From assembly GCA_001804815.1 (NCBI GenBank), contig MHBI01000087.1, positions 9,558-73,557 of the forward strand: DNA of 64,000 nt, read 5' to 3'. Positions 16,485 through 24,434 of the stretch are shown here, piece after piece; within the stretch, counting starts at the first letter, position 1, and each line of letters starts with the position of its first letter. The notes beneath the pieces were generated by a model. That model worked only from the letters and a program-made list of their open reading frames with translations, searched no databases and was not told where the DNA came from. The translations under genes and the position numbers were made by a program. Source of the stretch: Lentisphaerae bacterium GWF2_50_93 (GTDB lineage: Bacteria; Verrucomicrobiota; Lentisphaeria; Victivallales; GWF2-50-93).

Positions 16485-17366
16485 TTATTCCACGAAAACT
16501 TCAACCTTATGCACTTTCCTGTTGTCGCTTTTGATTTCAATATTGCCGGCGTCCCCGTCTTCCTTCTCGGCCTTCTGCTTTTCCCTGTCGCTGACAAATA
16601 TATGCTTTGTACCGCTGGGATCTACTCCGTCGTTGTCCGAATATGTCTTCGCCTTGTTCCTCTCCTTGATCTTCTCGGACATGCTTCCGCCGTCCCCGAC
16701 GGTCACGTTGACTTCCCTGACCCTGTCGCTGCTGACCGTGACGTTCCCGATGTTCGTCTCAGCCTGGCCCCTGCTGCCGCCGGCTTCATCCTTCTTGAAG
16801 ACCTTTGAGTTCCCGCCCGACCCAGGACCTGCGTTCAGGTTGACGTTGCCGATGTTCTTGGTCTCGTTCCTGGCCTTCACGTCGCCGACGCCGACGTTGG
16901 TAGAGACAGCCTTGCCGTTCGCCTCCCCCTTGATCGAACCGACATTCACCGTGGAGTTCTTCGCGTTTATCGTTCCGACGGACACGTTTGCTTCAAGATC
17001 CGAGCTTCTTGCCCCGCTGACCTCGACCCCGGTGCTCACCCTGGAGTTTGTGGCGTTTATGCTTCCTGCGTTGGTATTGGCCTTGAGCGTGGAGTTCTCG
17101 ATTGTCGCCCCTTCAGCCTTGACCCCTGTGTTCACGGTGGAACTGTTCGCATTGATGTTGGCTCTTGTCTTTGCGGATATCTCGGACTCGCTGATCTGTG
17201 CGCCGGACGCCTGGACGCCGGTGTTTATATTTGAATTGCCGATGGCGGTGTTTTCACCGCTGGACTCGCTTGTTATCGTGGAATCTGAAACAACTGTCTT
17301 GGGCATCGCGAAAAGCGCCGACGCGGGAATGAGGCAGACAGCCGTAATGATGATTACCCATTTCAT
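16485..17366 (-). CDS. Secreted repeat protein (degenerate version of the 33-aa repeat) with charged C-terminal tail
   Basis: Signal peptide ...IPASALFA-MPKTVVSDSTI. Units are SNINTGVQASGAQISESEIS..., STVNTGVKAEGATIENSTLK... and SRVSTGVEVSGARSSDLEAN... The mature N-terminus is nearly identical to that of 6771-7655. Confidence 0.7.
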   Translation of the reverse strand: MKWVIIITAVCLIPASALFAMPKTVVSDSTITSESSGENTAIGNSNINTGVQASGAQISESEISAKTRANINANSSTVNTGVKAEGATIENSTLKANTNAGSINATNSRVSTGVEVSGARSSDLEANVSVGTINAKNSTVNVGSIKGEANGKAVSTNVGVGDVKARNETKNIGNVNLNAGPGSGGNSKVFKKDEAGGSRGQAETNIGNVTVSSDRVREVNVTVGDGGSMSEKIKERNKAKTYSDNDGVDPSGTKHIFVSDREKQKAEKEDGDAGNIEIKSDNRKVHKVEVFVE

Positions 17367-17372
17367 GGGAAT

Positions 17373-17401
17373 ATTATAATCCGGAAAACCGGAAAAATCA
17401 A
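17373..17401 (-). promoter_or_regulatory. Sigma70-like promoter TTGATT-N17-TATAAT abutting the start codon
   Basis: On the minus strand the -35 TTGATT is at 17401..17396, the spacer is 17 nt, and the -10 TATAAT is at 17378..17373. Only 6 nt (attccc) separate it from ATG 17366. No SD is visible. Confidence 0.4.
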
Positions 17402-17466
17402 TAGGATGGGAATAACATATTTATAGCGGCTGCGGAATTGGAAAAATAAATAGTTAAACAAGTAAC

Positions 17467-17567
17467 ATTCCGGCTAAAGCTGGTACTCCAATCGCGTTGA
17501 TTTTGCAGGCAAGTGGTTGCTGTCATGATGAAGGCGCTATGGAGTACCGCCTTTAGGCGGAAGAATT
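17467..17567. repeat. Two CTTYAG-loop hairpin modules in opposite orientations
   Basis: The modules are attccggctaaagctggtactcc (17467-17489) and ggagtaccgcctttaggcggaagaatt (17541-17567). The second recurs inverted at 44185-44210. Confidence 0.7.
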
Positions 17568-17799
17568 ATTTGAAATTCCTGAATTGAGATTCTTCGCCGA
17601 GACGGCGAACGCTACATTGAAAAACATAGGCGGGACGCCTATGTCACATTCTTCAGCATTGCCGGCAAGGCACCTGCACTCGGCAAGAATAGAAATTCAT
17701 TGCTTCATTCGAAGTTGAATGTTTAACGAATTCCCCTCGGGCAAGAATGCCCGAGTTACTTCACTATTCGTAATTCGAATGTTCGATTGTTCTTCCGGC

Positions 17800-19377
17800 T
17801 CAGGCAGAGAAGCTCTTCAGCCTCCGAATCGTCTTTTCCTTGCCCAGCATTTCCATCGTCTCGTAGATCCCTGCGCCGGTGCTCAGGCCGGTGACGGCTA
17901 TCCTCAGCGGCTGGTTCAGTTTGCCTTCCTGGATGCCGGAGAGGCTTTCGGCCTCTCTTATGGATTTTTGTATGGAATCAAGTGTGAATTCGCTGTCTGC
18001 TGAGAGCTTGTCATGAATCTGCTTGATGGCATCGATAACTTTCTTGTCGGACAAGAATTTACTAACGGCTTTGCCGTCCTTCTCGTATTCGTCGAAGAAG
18101 AAGAATTTCCATGAGCTGACCTGCGGATAAAGCTTCATGCGCGACTGCATCAGGCCTGCGACTTTCGCAAAATATGCTCGGTCGACACCGGCTGTCCAGC
18201 CCTGTGATTCCGCTTCCTTCCAGGTCTCATCCACGAACTTCGCGGGATCCATTTCCGCCATGTACTGGCCGTTCATGTTCCCGAGCTTGTTCATGTCGAA
18301 CTGTGCAGACGAACTTTTCACGCGCTCAAGCGTGAACGCATCGATGATTTCCTTCCTGGTCATCTTCTCGCGGTCGTCGCCGGGAGACCATCCGAGCAGC
18401 GAGAGATAATTGAACAGTGCGTCCGGCAGGTATCCCTTGCTCCTGAAATCGCCGACATATGCGTCGCCGTCGCGCTTGCTGTACGGCTTGCCCGCCTGGT
18501 TGACGATCATCGGGAGATGCCCGTAGATCGGCACCGGGAACCCTATCGCCTGGAAAAGGAATATGTGGCGGTATGTGTTCTCAACATGGTCGTCGCCGCG
18601 GATGATGTGCGTTATCTTCTGCTCGACGTCGTCGCAGACGTTGGCAAGATGGAAGACAGGCGTGCCGTCGCCGCGGACGATCACGAGATCCTTCATGCCG
18701 TCGAGAGGTTTCGCAAGTTCGCCCTTGATGATGTCCTTGAACACGATCTCGCGCCTCTGGAAGACGAGTTTTGCGGAATTCGCAATTTCGAACGATGCGT
18801 CCTTGCTGAAGATGTTTCCGATCTCCTTCTCGATTTCAAAGAGACAGGTCCCGGCGGCATCAAGTATTTTGAGCTGGTGGAAACCGGCAAGGGATGCGGA
18901 GCGTTCGGTCGATTTCCCTTTTTCGTTCAGCTGCGCGAAATGAATTCCTGAACTGCTGATCTTCACCGGTACTGACGGATCGGTAATGAGTTCCGCGTTT
19001 CCGGCGATCCGCACGTCGGGATTGCTGTCGGTGTCCCAGGGGAGCCTGAAAATGACCGGCGCCGGTTCAGGGCCTGCGACCTTGGGGCGGTACGCCTTGC
19101 CTGTCTCGAGCATCTTCGCTGCGGCGTCCACATGGGCCTGTGCGTTCTTGCTCTGGTAGAAGATCTCCTCGTCGTAGTCAAGCCCGAGCCATTTCATGCA
19201 TTCCAGGAGCGTGTCGATCGCAGCCTGCGTCGAACGTTCGCGGTCCGTATCCTCGACGCGCAGCAGGAACTTCCCTCCGGAATGCCTGGCATAAAGCCAG
19301 TCGAAGATGGCCGTCCTGATGTTCCCAATGTGAACATGCCCCGTCGGCGACGGCGCGAATCTGACTCTGATATCCAT
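17800..19377 (-). CDS. gltX: Glutamate--tRNA ligase
   Basis: RVRFAPSPTGHVHIGNIRTA carries the class I HIGH motif. A KMSKS-like motif is GKPYSKRDG. The 525-aa protein is collinear with GluRS. Confidence 0.95.
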   Translation of the reverse strand: MDIRVRFAPSPTGHVHIGNIRTAIFDWLYARHSGGKFLLRVEDTDRERSTQAAIDTLLECMKWLGLDYDEEIFYQSKNAQAHVDAAAKMLETGKAYRPKVAGPEPAPVIFRLPWDTDSNPDVRIAGNAELITDPSVPVKISSSGIHFAQLNEKGKSTERSASLAGFHQLKILDAAGTCLFEIEKEIGNIFSKDASFEIANSAKLVFQRREIVFKDIIKGELAKPLDGMKDLVIVRGDGTPVFHLANVCDDVEQKITHIIRGDDHVENTYRHIFLFQAIGFPVPIYGHLPMIVNQAGKPYSKRDGDAYVGDFRSKGYLPDALFNYLSLLGWSPGDDREKMTRKEIIDAFTLERVKSSSAQFDMNKLGNMNGQYMAEMDPAKFVDETWKEAESQGWTAGVDRAYFAKVAGLMQSRMKLYPQVSSWKFFFFDEYEKDGKAVSKFLSDKKVIDAIKQIHDKLSADSEFTLDSIQKSIREAESLSGIQEGKLNQPLRIAVTGLSTGAGIYETMEMLGKEKTIRRLKSFSA

Positions 19378-19398
19378 GATATTCCTTTCAAGATAAAA

Positions 19399-19571
19399 CT
19401 GGATTGATGGATGAAAGGATTATTGGATGATTGGGTTTTGAATAAAAACCAAAATCCTATTTTCCTGAATCCATCAGTATCTGTTAAAATTGCTTATCCT
19501 AATAATGTGTTTTTGTGATTGTTTAATTTTCTGGCAATCATCCAGTCATCCAGTAATCCAACCATCCATTC
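19399..19571. repeat. Inverted pair of GGAT/ATCC-word arrays around an AT-rich spacer
   Basis: The left arm is ctggattgatggatgaaaggattattggatgattgggttttgaat. The right arm is caatcatccagtcatccagtaatccaaccatccattc. It fills the gap between the gltX start and the next gene's stop. Confidence 0.7.
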
Positions 19572-19574
19572 TTC

Positions 19575-21587
19575 TCAAATCTCCAGATTCAGCCATTTGA
19601 GTTCCTTCGGCGTCAGCTCGCATGTCAGCGCCTCGAAGGAGCTCTTGGTCTCGGATATCGCCCTTGGCCCGATGAGCGGGAACGTCGGGAACGGCTGGCA
19701 GAGTACGTACGCGAGTGCGATTGTCACAGGCTGGACGTTCTTCTTCTTTGCAAGCTCGATCGCGCGCGCCTGGCGCTGGAAATTGTCATCGCTGTACCAG
19801 CAGTGCACGAGCGACTGGTCGGACTTGAGATCCGGACGGCCGCGTTCCGGCACGAAGAATCCGCGTGCCTGGCTCGACCATGGCATGAGCGGCATCTGTG
19901 ATTTCCTGAACCACTTCCTGGAGTCGGGATCCGATGCGGCGATGCAGCCGTCCCATACGGGGTTGACCATGCGCGCCAGGCTGAAGTTGTTGCTTACCGC
20001 GGAGAATCCGGCAAGACCTTTGCGTTTGGCGTAGGCGTTTGCCTTCTTGACGCGTCCAATGCTCCAGTTGGAAGCGCCGAACGCCTTGATCCTTCCTGCT
20101 TTCACATGCTCGTTGAGGACGTCGATGAATTCGCCTACATGGATGTCCGGATTGTCGCGGTGCATCATGTAGATGTCGAGATGGTCCGTCTGGATGCGGT
20201 CGAGCGACACCATCAGCTCTCTTGTCAGGTGCACCGGATCGCAGAAGGGAGTATGCGCGCCCTTGTCGAGGATGACCACCTTGTCGCGCAGGTTGCGTGA
20301 TTTCACCCACTGTCCGAGGACCTGCTCGCATCTGCCGCCGCCGTAGATGTGTGCGGAGTCGAAGCAGTTGCCGCCGCGTTCGAAGAAGTCGTCGAATATC
20401 ACTGCGGCATGGGGGAACGTGTTCTGGTTGTCAACGCCCATGACAAGGCGCGAAACCTGTTTTTCCAGTCCTGCGATGGTTCCGTATTTCATCTTGCAGC
20501 CAGCCTTGACCGCGAGCGGATGCTTGTGGACCGGCACCGTGAAGACCTCGGGTTTTTCGGCTTCGTAGACAAGATCTATCTCGCGGCGCCACATGTCGAG
20601 CATCCGTATGTTGCCCATGGAATCATTCCATGACATCGCCGGTGATTTGGCCTGCCTGGCCTCGAGATTTTCCGCGACTGTGTCGGCTTCGATACCGTAG
20701 AGCCATTCATCGGTCTGGATTGAGATCTCTCGCGGTTCCTTCTCGTCATTGCGCTTCACGATTATCTTTGTTGCTCCGCCTTCGCGCGACGGAATCCACG
20801 GTGAAGGGATGAAGATGTTGCCTTCCGTGCCGAAAATCCTGACGACGTTCTCCTGGTTAACGGCGACGCCGGTTGCGAGAGTCGCAACGATGTCGTTGTC
20901 GAATTTAGCGGTGGCCACAGCCCACTCGTCGGCGTTTGAAGCTCCGAGATGTCCGAAGCCTTTTACAGAAACAGGTTCAGCGAAGTCCTTGCCAAGGGCG
21001 GCACCAGCGACAAGCCTGCACATCGACGTGCAGTAGCATCCGACGTCGAGGATTCCACCGCCGCCCAGCTGGTTCTTGAAGAGCCTGCCTTCGGGATTGT
21101 AGCCGGCATGGAAGCTGAACGCAGTCTGGATGACGCGCACCTCTCCAATTACTTTTTCGCGCAGTAGCTCGACGAGCTTCCTGGTCTGGGGATGGCACCG
21201 GTACATGAACGCTTCCATGAAGAACACATTGTTGTCCTTCGCCGACTCTATCATCGCCATGAGTTCGTAGTAGTTCAGCGCGGCCGGTTTCTCGCAGAGG
21301 ATGTGCTTGCCGGCTTCGGCTGCCTTGATCGCCCATTCGGCATGCATCGGATGAGGTGTCGCAATATAGACCGCCTGGACATCCTTGTCGGCGAGAAGCG
21401 CCTCATAGGATCCATAACTGCGTGGAATGTTCAATTCCTTGGCGAAGGCATCCGCCTTTTCCTGGCTCCTGCTGCCGACTGCGACCATCTCACCGGTCTT
21501 CGAATGCTGGACGCCTTTGGCGAAAGCCTTGGCGATACCGCCGGCACCTATGATGCCCCAGCGGAGTTTTGTCTCGTTTGCGCTCAT
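19575..21587 (-). CDS. Fusion protein with N-terminal Gfo/Idh/MocA oxidoreductase and C-terminal aldo/keto reductase
   Basis: The N-terminal Rossmann motif WGIIGAGGIAKAFAKG and ...HILCEKPAA are Gfo/Idh/MocA hallmarks. The C-terminal half (GGNCFDSAHIYGGGRCEQVLGQW...GASNWS...) is AKR-like. Confidence 0.85.
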   Translation of the reverse strand: MSANETKLRWGIIGAGGIAKAFAKGVQHSKTGEMVAVGSRSQEKADAFAKELNIPRSYGSYEALLADKDVQAVYIATPHPMHAEWAIKAAEAGKHILCEKPAALNYYELMAMIESAKDNNVFFMEAFMYRCHPQTRKLVELLREKVIGEVRVIQTAFSFHAGYNPEGRLFKNQLGGGGILDVGCYCTSMCRLVAGAALGKDFAEPVSVKGFGHLGASNADEWAVATAKFDNDIVATLATGVAVNQENVVRIFGTEGNIFIPSPWIPSREGGATKIIVKRNDEKEPREISIQTDEWLYGIEADTVAENLEARQAKSPAMSWNDSMGNIRMLDMWRREIDLVYEAEKPEVFTVPVHKHPLAVKAGCKMKYGTIAGLEKQVSRLVMGVDNQNTFPHAAVIFDDFFERGGNCFDSAHIYGGGRCEQVLGQWVKSRNLRDKVVILDKGAHTPFCDPVHLTRELMVSLDRIQTDHLDIYMMHRDNPDIHVGEFIDVLNEHVKAGRIKAFGASNWSIGRVKKANAYAKRKGLAGFSAVSNNFSLARMVNPVWDGCIAASDPDSRKWFRKSQMPLMPWSSQARGFFVPERGRPDLKSDQSLVHCWYSDDNFQRQARAIELAKKKNVQPVTIALAYVLCQPFPTFPLIGPRAISETKSSFEALTCELTPKELKWLNLEI

Positions 21588-21605
21588 CTTTTCTCCCTAT
21601 TTTAT

Positions 21606-21670
21606 GGAGCGCCGGCATCTTGCCGGCAACTCTTGAGTTTCATTTATAGCCGGCAAGATGCCGGCGCTCC
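21606..21670. repeat. Perfect 21-bp inverted repeat with a 23-nt loop
   Basis: ggagcgccggcatcttgccgg (21606-21626) pairs with ccggcaagatgccggcgctcc (21650-21670). It sits 19 bp upstream of the oxidoreductase start codon. Confidence 0.85.
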
Positions 21671-21713
21671 GTGAACATTTTTCAGTCAGCTCAGATATTC
21701 TTTCATGTAAAAC

Positions 21714-21825
21714 TTCGCCTGTTCGACCGTTCGACCGTTCGACCGTTCGACCGTTCGATTGTTCGATTGTTCGATTGTTCGATTGTTCGTCTGTTCGATT
21801 GTTCGATTGTTCGATTGTTCGATTA
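21714..21825 (+). repeat. 8-bp microsatellite TTCGAYYG x 14
   Basis: The units in order are ttcgcctg, ttcgaccg x4, ttcgattg x4, ttcgtctg, ttcgattg x3 and ttcgatta. The array ends 11 bp from the stop of the FGE-domain gene. Confidence 0.95.
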
Positions 21826-21836
21826 TTCAGTTTTCC

Positions 21837-23846
21837 TTACAGTTTCGGTCCGCATACGATGCGGAACCCGATGTTTTTCTTTGCTGACTTATAGTCGAGC
21901 GAATAGCGGTTCGCGCTGGTCAGATCGCCTGACTCGCTCATGAACGAACCTCCGCGCAGTACCTTCAGATTGTCCTCTGATGCGTCGGCTCCCCTCGGAT
22001 CCTTCACTTCGATGTCGAGATAAGGTCCGCCATACCAGTCGTAGCACCATTCCCACACGTTGCCATGCATGTCGTATATCCCCCAGGCGTTCGGCTTCTT
22101 CTTGCCTGCAGGATAAGTTTTGCCGGCGGCGTTCGATTTGAACCAGGCGAAATCATTCAGCTTTTCTATCTCGTCCCCGAAACAATATGTGACCGCTATT
22201 CGGACATTGTCCTTCGATGCCGATGCGCGGCATGCATATTCCCATTCGGCCTCGGTCGGCAGGCGGTATTCATATCCGTCGGGAAGGCGTTTCGCGAGCG
22301 CTTCGCGCTTCGTCAGCCATTTGCAGAAGAGTTCCGCGGCCTTCCAGTTCACACCGACTACAGGCTGGCTCTCGTCCCCCCAGAATTCTCCGGCCCCGCC
22401 CTTCATCTTATAGTCCTTGGTCAGCGGACAGTAGTCGTTTGTCCAGGCTATCTCCTTGTCCCTGTCGGCTTTTTTGGGTTCGTTCGGATCGCCGTTCGGA
22501 TTCTGGAGAAAAAAAAGGAACTGTCCAAGAGTGACTTCATACTGCCCCATCCAATACGGCTTTGAAATCGTTACATTATGTCCCTTGTTGTCGGCATCCT
22601 TCGATACGTCGGGACGGCCCATGCAGAATATTCCCGAGGAAATAGGCGCGAAGGGCATCTTCAGGTCAGGCACCATCCATTTCTTGCCGGGGACTGGGCC
22701 GCCTGCGACATTTGTCTTGAACGCCTTTATCTTGTTTATCATGTCCTCGATCTCGATCTTTGAATCGTCGGGGAGGAAGTTCTTCTGGTCTGCGATCATC
22801 GCATCCAGGAGCGTCAGCGCCTTGTCGCACAGTTCGCCCGGAGTCATTTCGCTCTCGGCCTTCTCCTGCGCGGTCTTTGCCAGGAGATAGAGCCTGTCCG
22901 CCTCGGCCATCACGCCTTTGAGCTTGTCCTGCTGTTCCTTGAGCTTCGCTTCGACCTTCTTCAGGGCGTCATGGAGTTCCAGGAAGTTCCTGATCTCGGA
23001 TGTCGCTCCGGACTCGCGTATTTTGGCGAAGGCCGCCACGGCTTCCTTCATGTTCCCCTTCTTCATCTCCTCAAGGCCGTAGTCGAGGAATTCCCCGGGG
23101 CTCTTGAGATCCTTTGATATGGGGATGATGCCGTCCGTCCCGGATTTGTCCATCATTTTCTTGATTTCATCAAGCCGGACCGTCTTTTCGATTTCATGGA
23201 AGGATTCGGCGGCCTCCTCGTAGTTGCCGGTCTTGATGCTTGTTATTCCGTGGTCAAGCAGGTCGCCGGGACTCATTGAAAGCTTCCGCGACAGGATCTC
23301 GATCTGCCTCTGGAGCCCTGACAAACTCTCCTTGTCGCCGGCGATGCGCATTGAGACGTCATAGCTTTTCACGATCTTGCCGGTCTCCCGTTTGACGTCG
23401 ATCATCTTGGCGATGATGGAAAGCTTGCTGCCTTTCTTGTCGATCTGTCCGGTGACAATGTAGTCTGCGCCGACCATCGCCCCGAACTTTGAAGCCTCGA
23501 GCGCACCGCTTGAACTTACCTTCTGCTCCTTGAGCACTTTTGCGATTTTCGCACGCGTGATCATGCGGTAATAGGCCTTCTGCGTGAGTTCGTTCTCGAA
23601 TTTTTCGGCTATGTCCCAGCCGTTCAGCCCCCAGTCGGCGAGCGAGGCATCTATGGAGAAGTCGTGTACGGCGACCCAGGAGGCGTTCTGGTCGGCTGGA
23701 GCAGGGGCGGCTTTCTTGTCGGCATTGCCGGCGTCGGCGCCTTTTTCCGCCTTTATCTGGTCGGCGACCTTCTTGCCCTGGGCCGAGAGTCCGGACGCAG
23801 AAAGCACGCCCGCCAAAACGAGTATGGATATGTATACTCTCTTCAC
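21837..23846 (-). CDS. Exported multidomain protein with CsgG/LpoB-like N-domain, helical repeats and a C-terminal formylglycine-generating-enzyme (SUMF1/FGE) domain
   Basis: Signal peptide. VAVHDFSID...GADYIVTGQIDKKGSKLSIIAKMIDVKRETGKIV follows the CsgG/LpoB-type pattern. The C-terminus HNVTISKPYWMGQYEVT...RLPTEAEWEYACRA...YDMHGNVWEWCYDWY...VLRGGSF is FGE-sulfatase-like. Confidence 0.85.
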   Translation of the reverse strand: MKRVYISILVLAGVLSASGLSAQGKKVADQIKAEKGADAGNADKKAAPAPADQNASWVAVHDFSIDASLADWGLNGWDIAEKFENELTQKAYYRMITRAKIAKVLKEQKVSSSGALEASKFGAMVGADYIVTGQIDKKGSKLSIIAKMIDVKRETGKIVKSYDVSMRIAGDKESLSGLQRQIEILSRKLSMSPGDLLDHGITSIKTGNYEEAAESFHEIEKTVRLDEIKKMMDKSGTDGIIPISKDLKSPGEFLDYGLEEMKKGNMKEAVAAFAKIRESGATSEIRNFLELHDALKKVEAKLKEQQDKLKGVMAEADRLYLLAKTAQEKAESEMTPGELCDKALTLLDAMIADQKNFLPDDSKIEIEDMINKIKAFKTNVAGGPVPGKKWMVPDLKMPFAPISSGIFCMGRPDVSKDADNKGHNVTISKPYWMGQYEVTLGQFLFFLQNPNGDPNEPKKADRDKEIAWTNDYCPLTKDYKMKGGAGEFWGDESQPVVGVNWKAAELFCKWLTKREALAKRLPDGYEYRLPTEAEWEYACRASASKDNVRIAVTYCFGDEIEKLNDFAWFKSNAAGKTYPAGKKKPNAWGIYDMHGNVWEWCYDWYGGPYLDIEVKDPRGADASEDNLKVLRGGSFMSESGDLTSANRYSLDYKSAKKNIGFRIVCGPKL

Positions 23847-24005
23847 CGCCGTCCCCTGGATGATTGGATTAATGGATTTATTCGCCTGGGCGAATTATTG
23901 GATGGTTGCTTGTCAAAGGCATGAGCACAAGACAATCCTATGGGATAAATGCAGAATGACTTTTTAAATATTAGCATACAAGAGGGCTTTTTTAAGTTTT
24001 TCTCT

Positions 24006-24069
24006 GAGTTCAAACCCAATCATCCATTAATCCAACAATCCATTCATCCGTCATCCTGTGGGATGACTC
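24006..24069 (+). repeat. ATCC/GGAT-word repeat element with terminal hairpin (copy 2)
   Basis: Sequence is gagttcaaacccaatcatccattaatccaacaatccattcatccgtcatcctgtgggatgactc. Related GGAT-word tracts lie at 23855-23909, 24161-24185 and 26448-26473. Confidence 0.8.
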
Positions 24070-24434
24070 CGAAATCTCTTCATGGATTAAGTCTTTTTTT
24101 TACTGGACGTTAAAAATACGATAAAAAGGGGGTTTTGCAAATGGATTATACTGCTATCCCATGGATGACTGGATTGATGGATGCCTGGGTATCAAAGACA
24201 TAATAATAAGACAATCCTGTTTAAAAATCCGAAATGCCTGTTTTAAAATTTCACTTGAAATCCAGCATCCATGTTTTTTTATTGAACTCAAACCCGAATC
24301 GCGCTAAGAGCTAAGATAAGAGAAGACAAACTAAAGTTTGTACTCCAACATTTGTCGTGTGCTAAGGTTGGAGTCCAAGTCCCGACATCCTTGCTGGAGC
24401 CGGGATCGTAGACTTCAGCTTGTGATTTTCCTTG

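Noticed and set aside
21658-21943. ORFs encoding VRLFDCSI/VRPFDRST periodic peptides here and at 60795-61061
   Set aside because: They are translations of the 8-bp microsatellites. An 8-aa period equals 3 units. They are open in more than one frame, with no start context.
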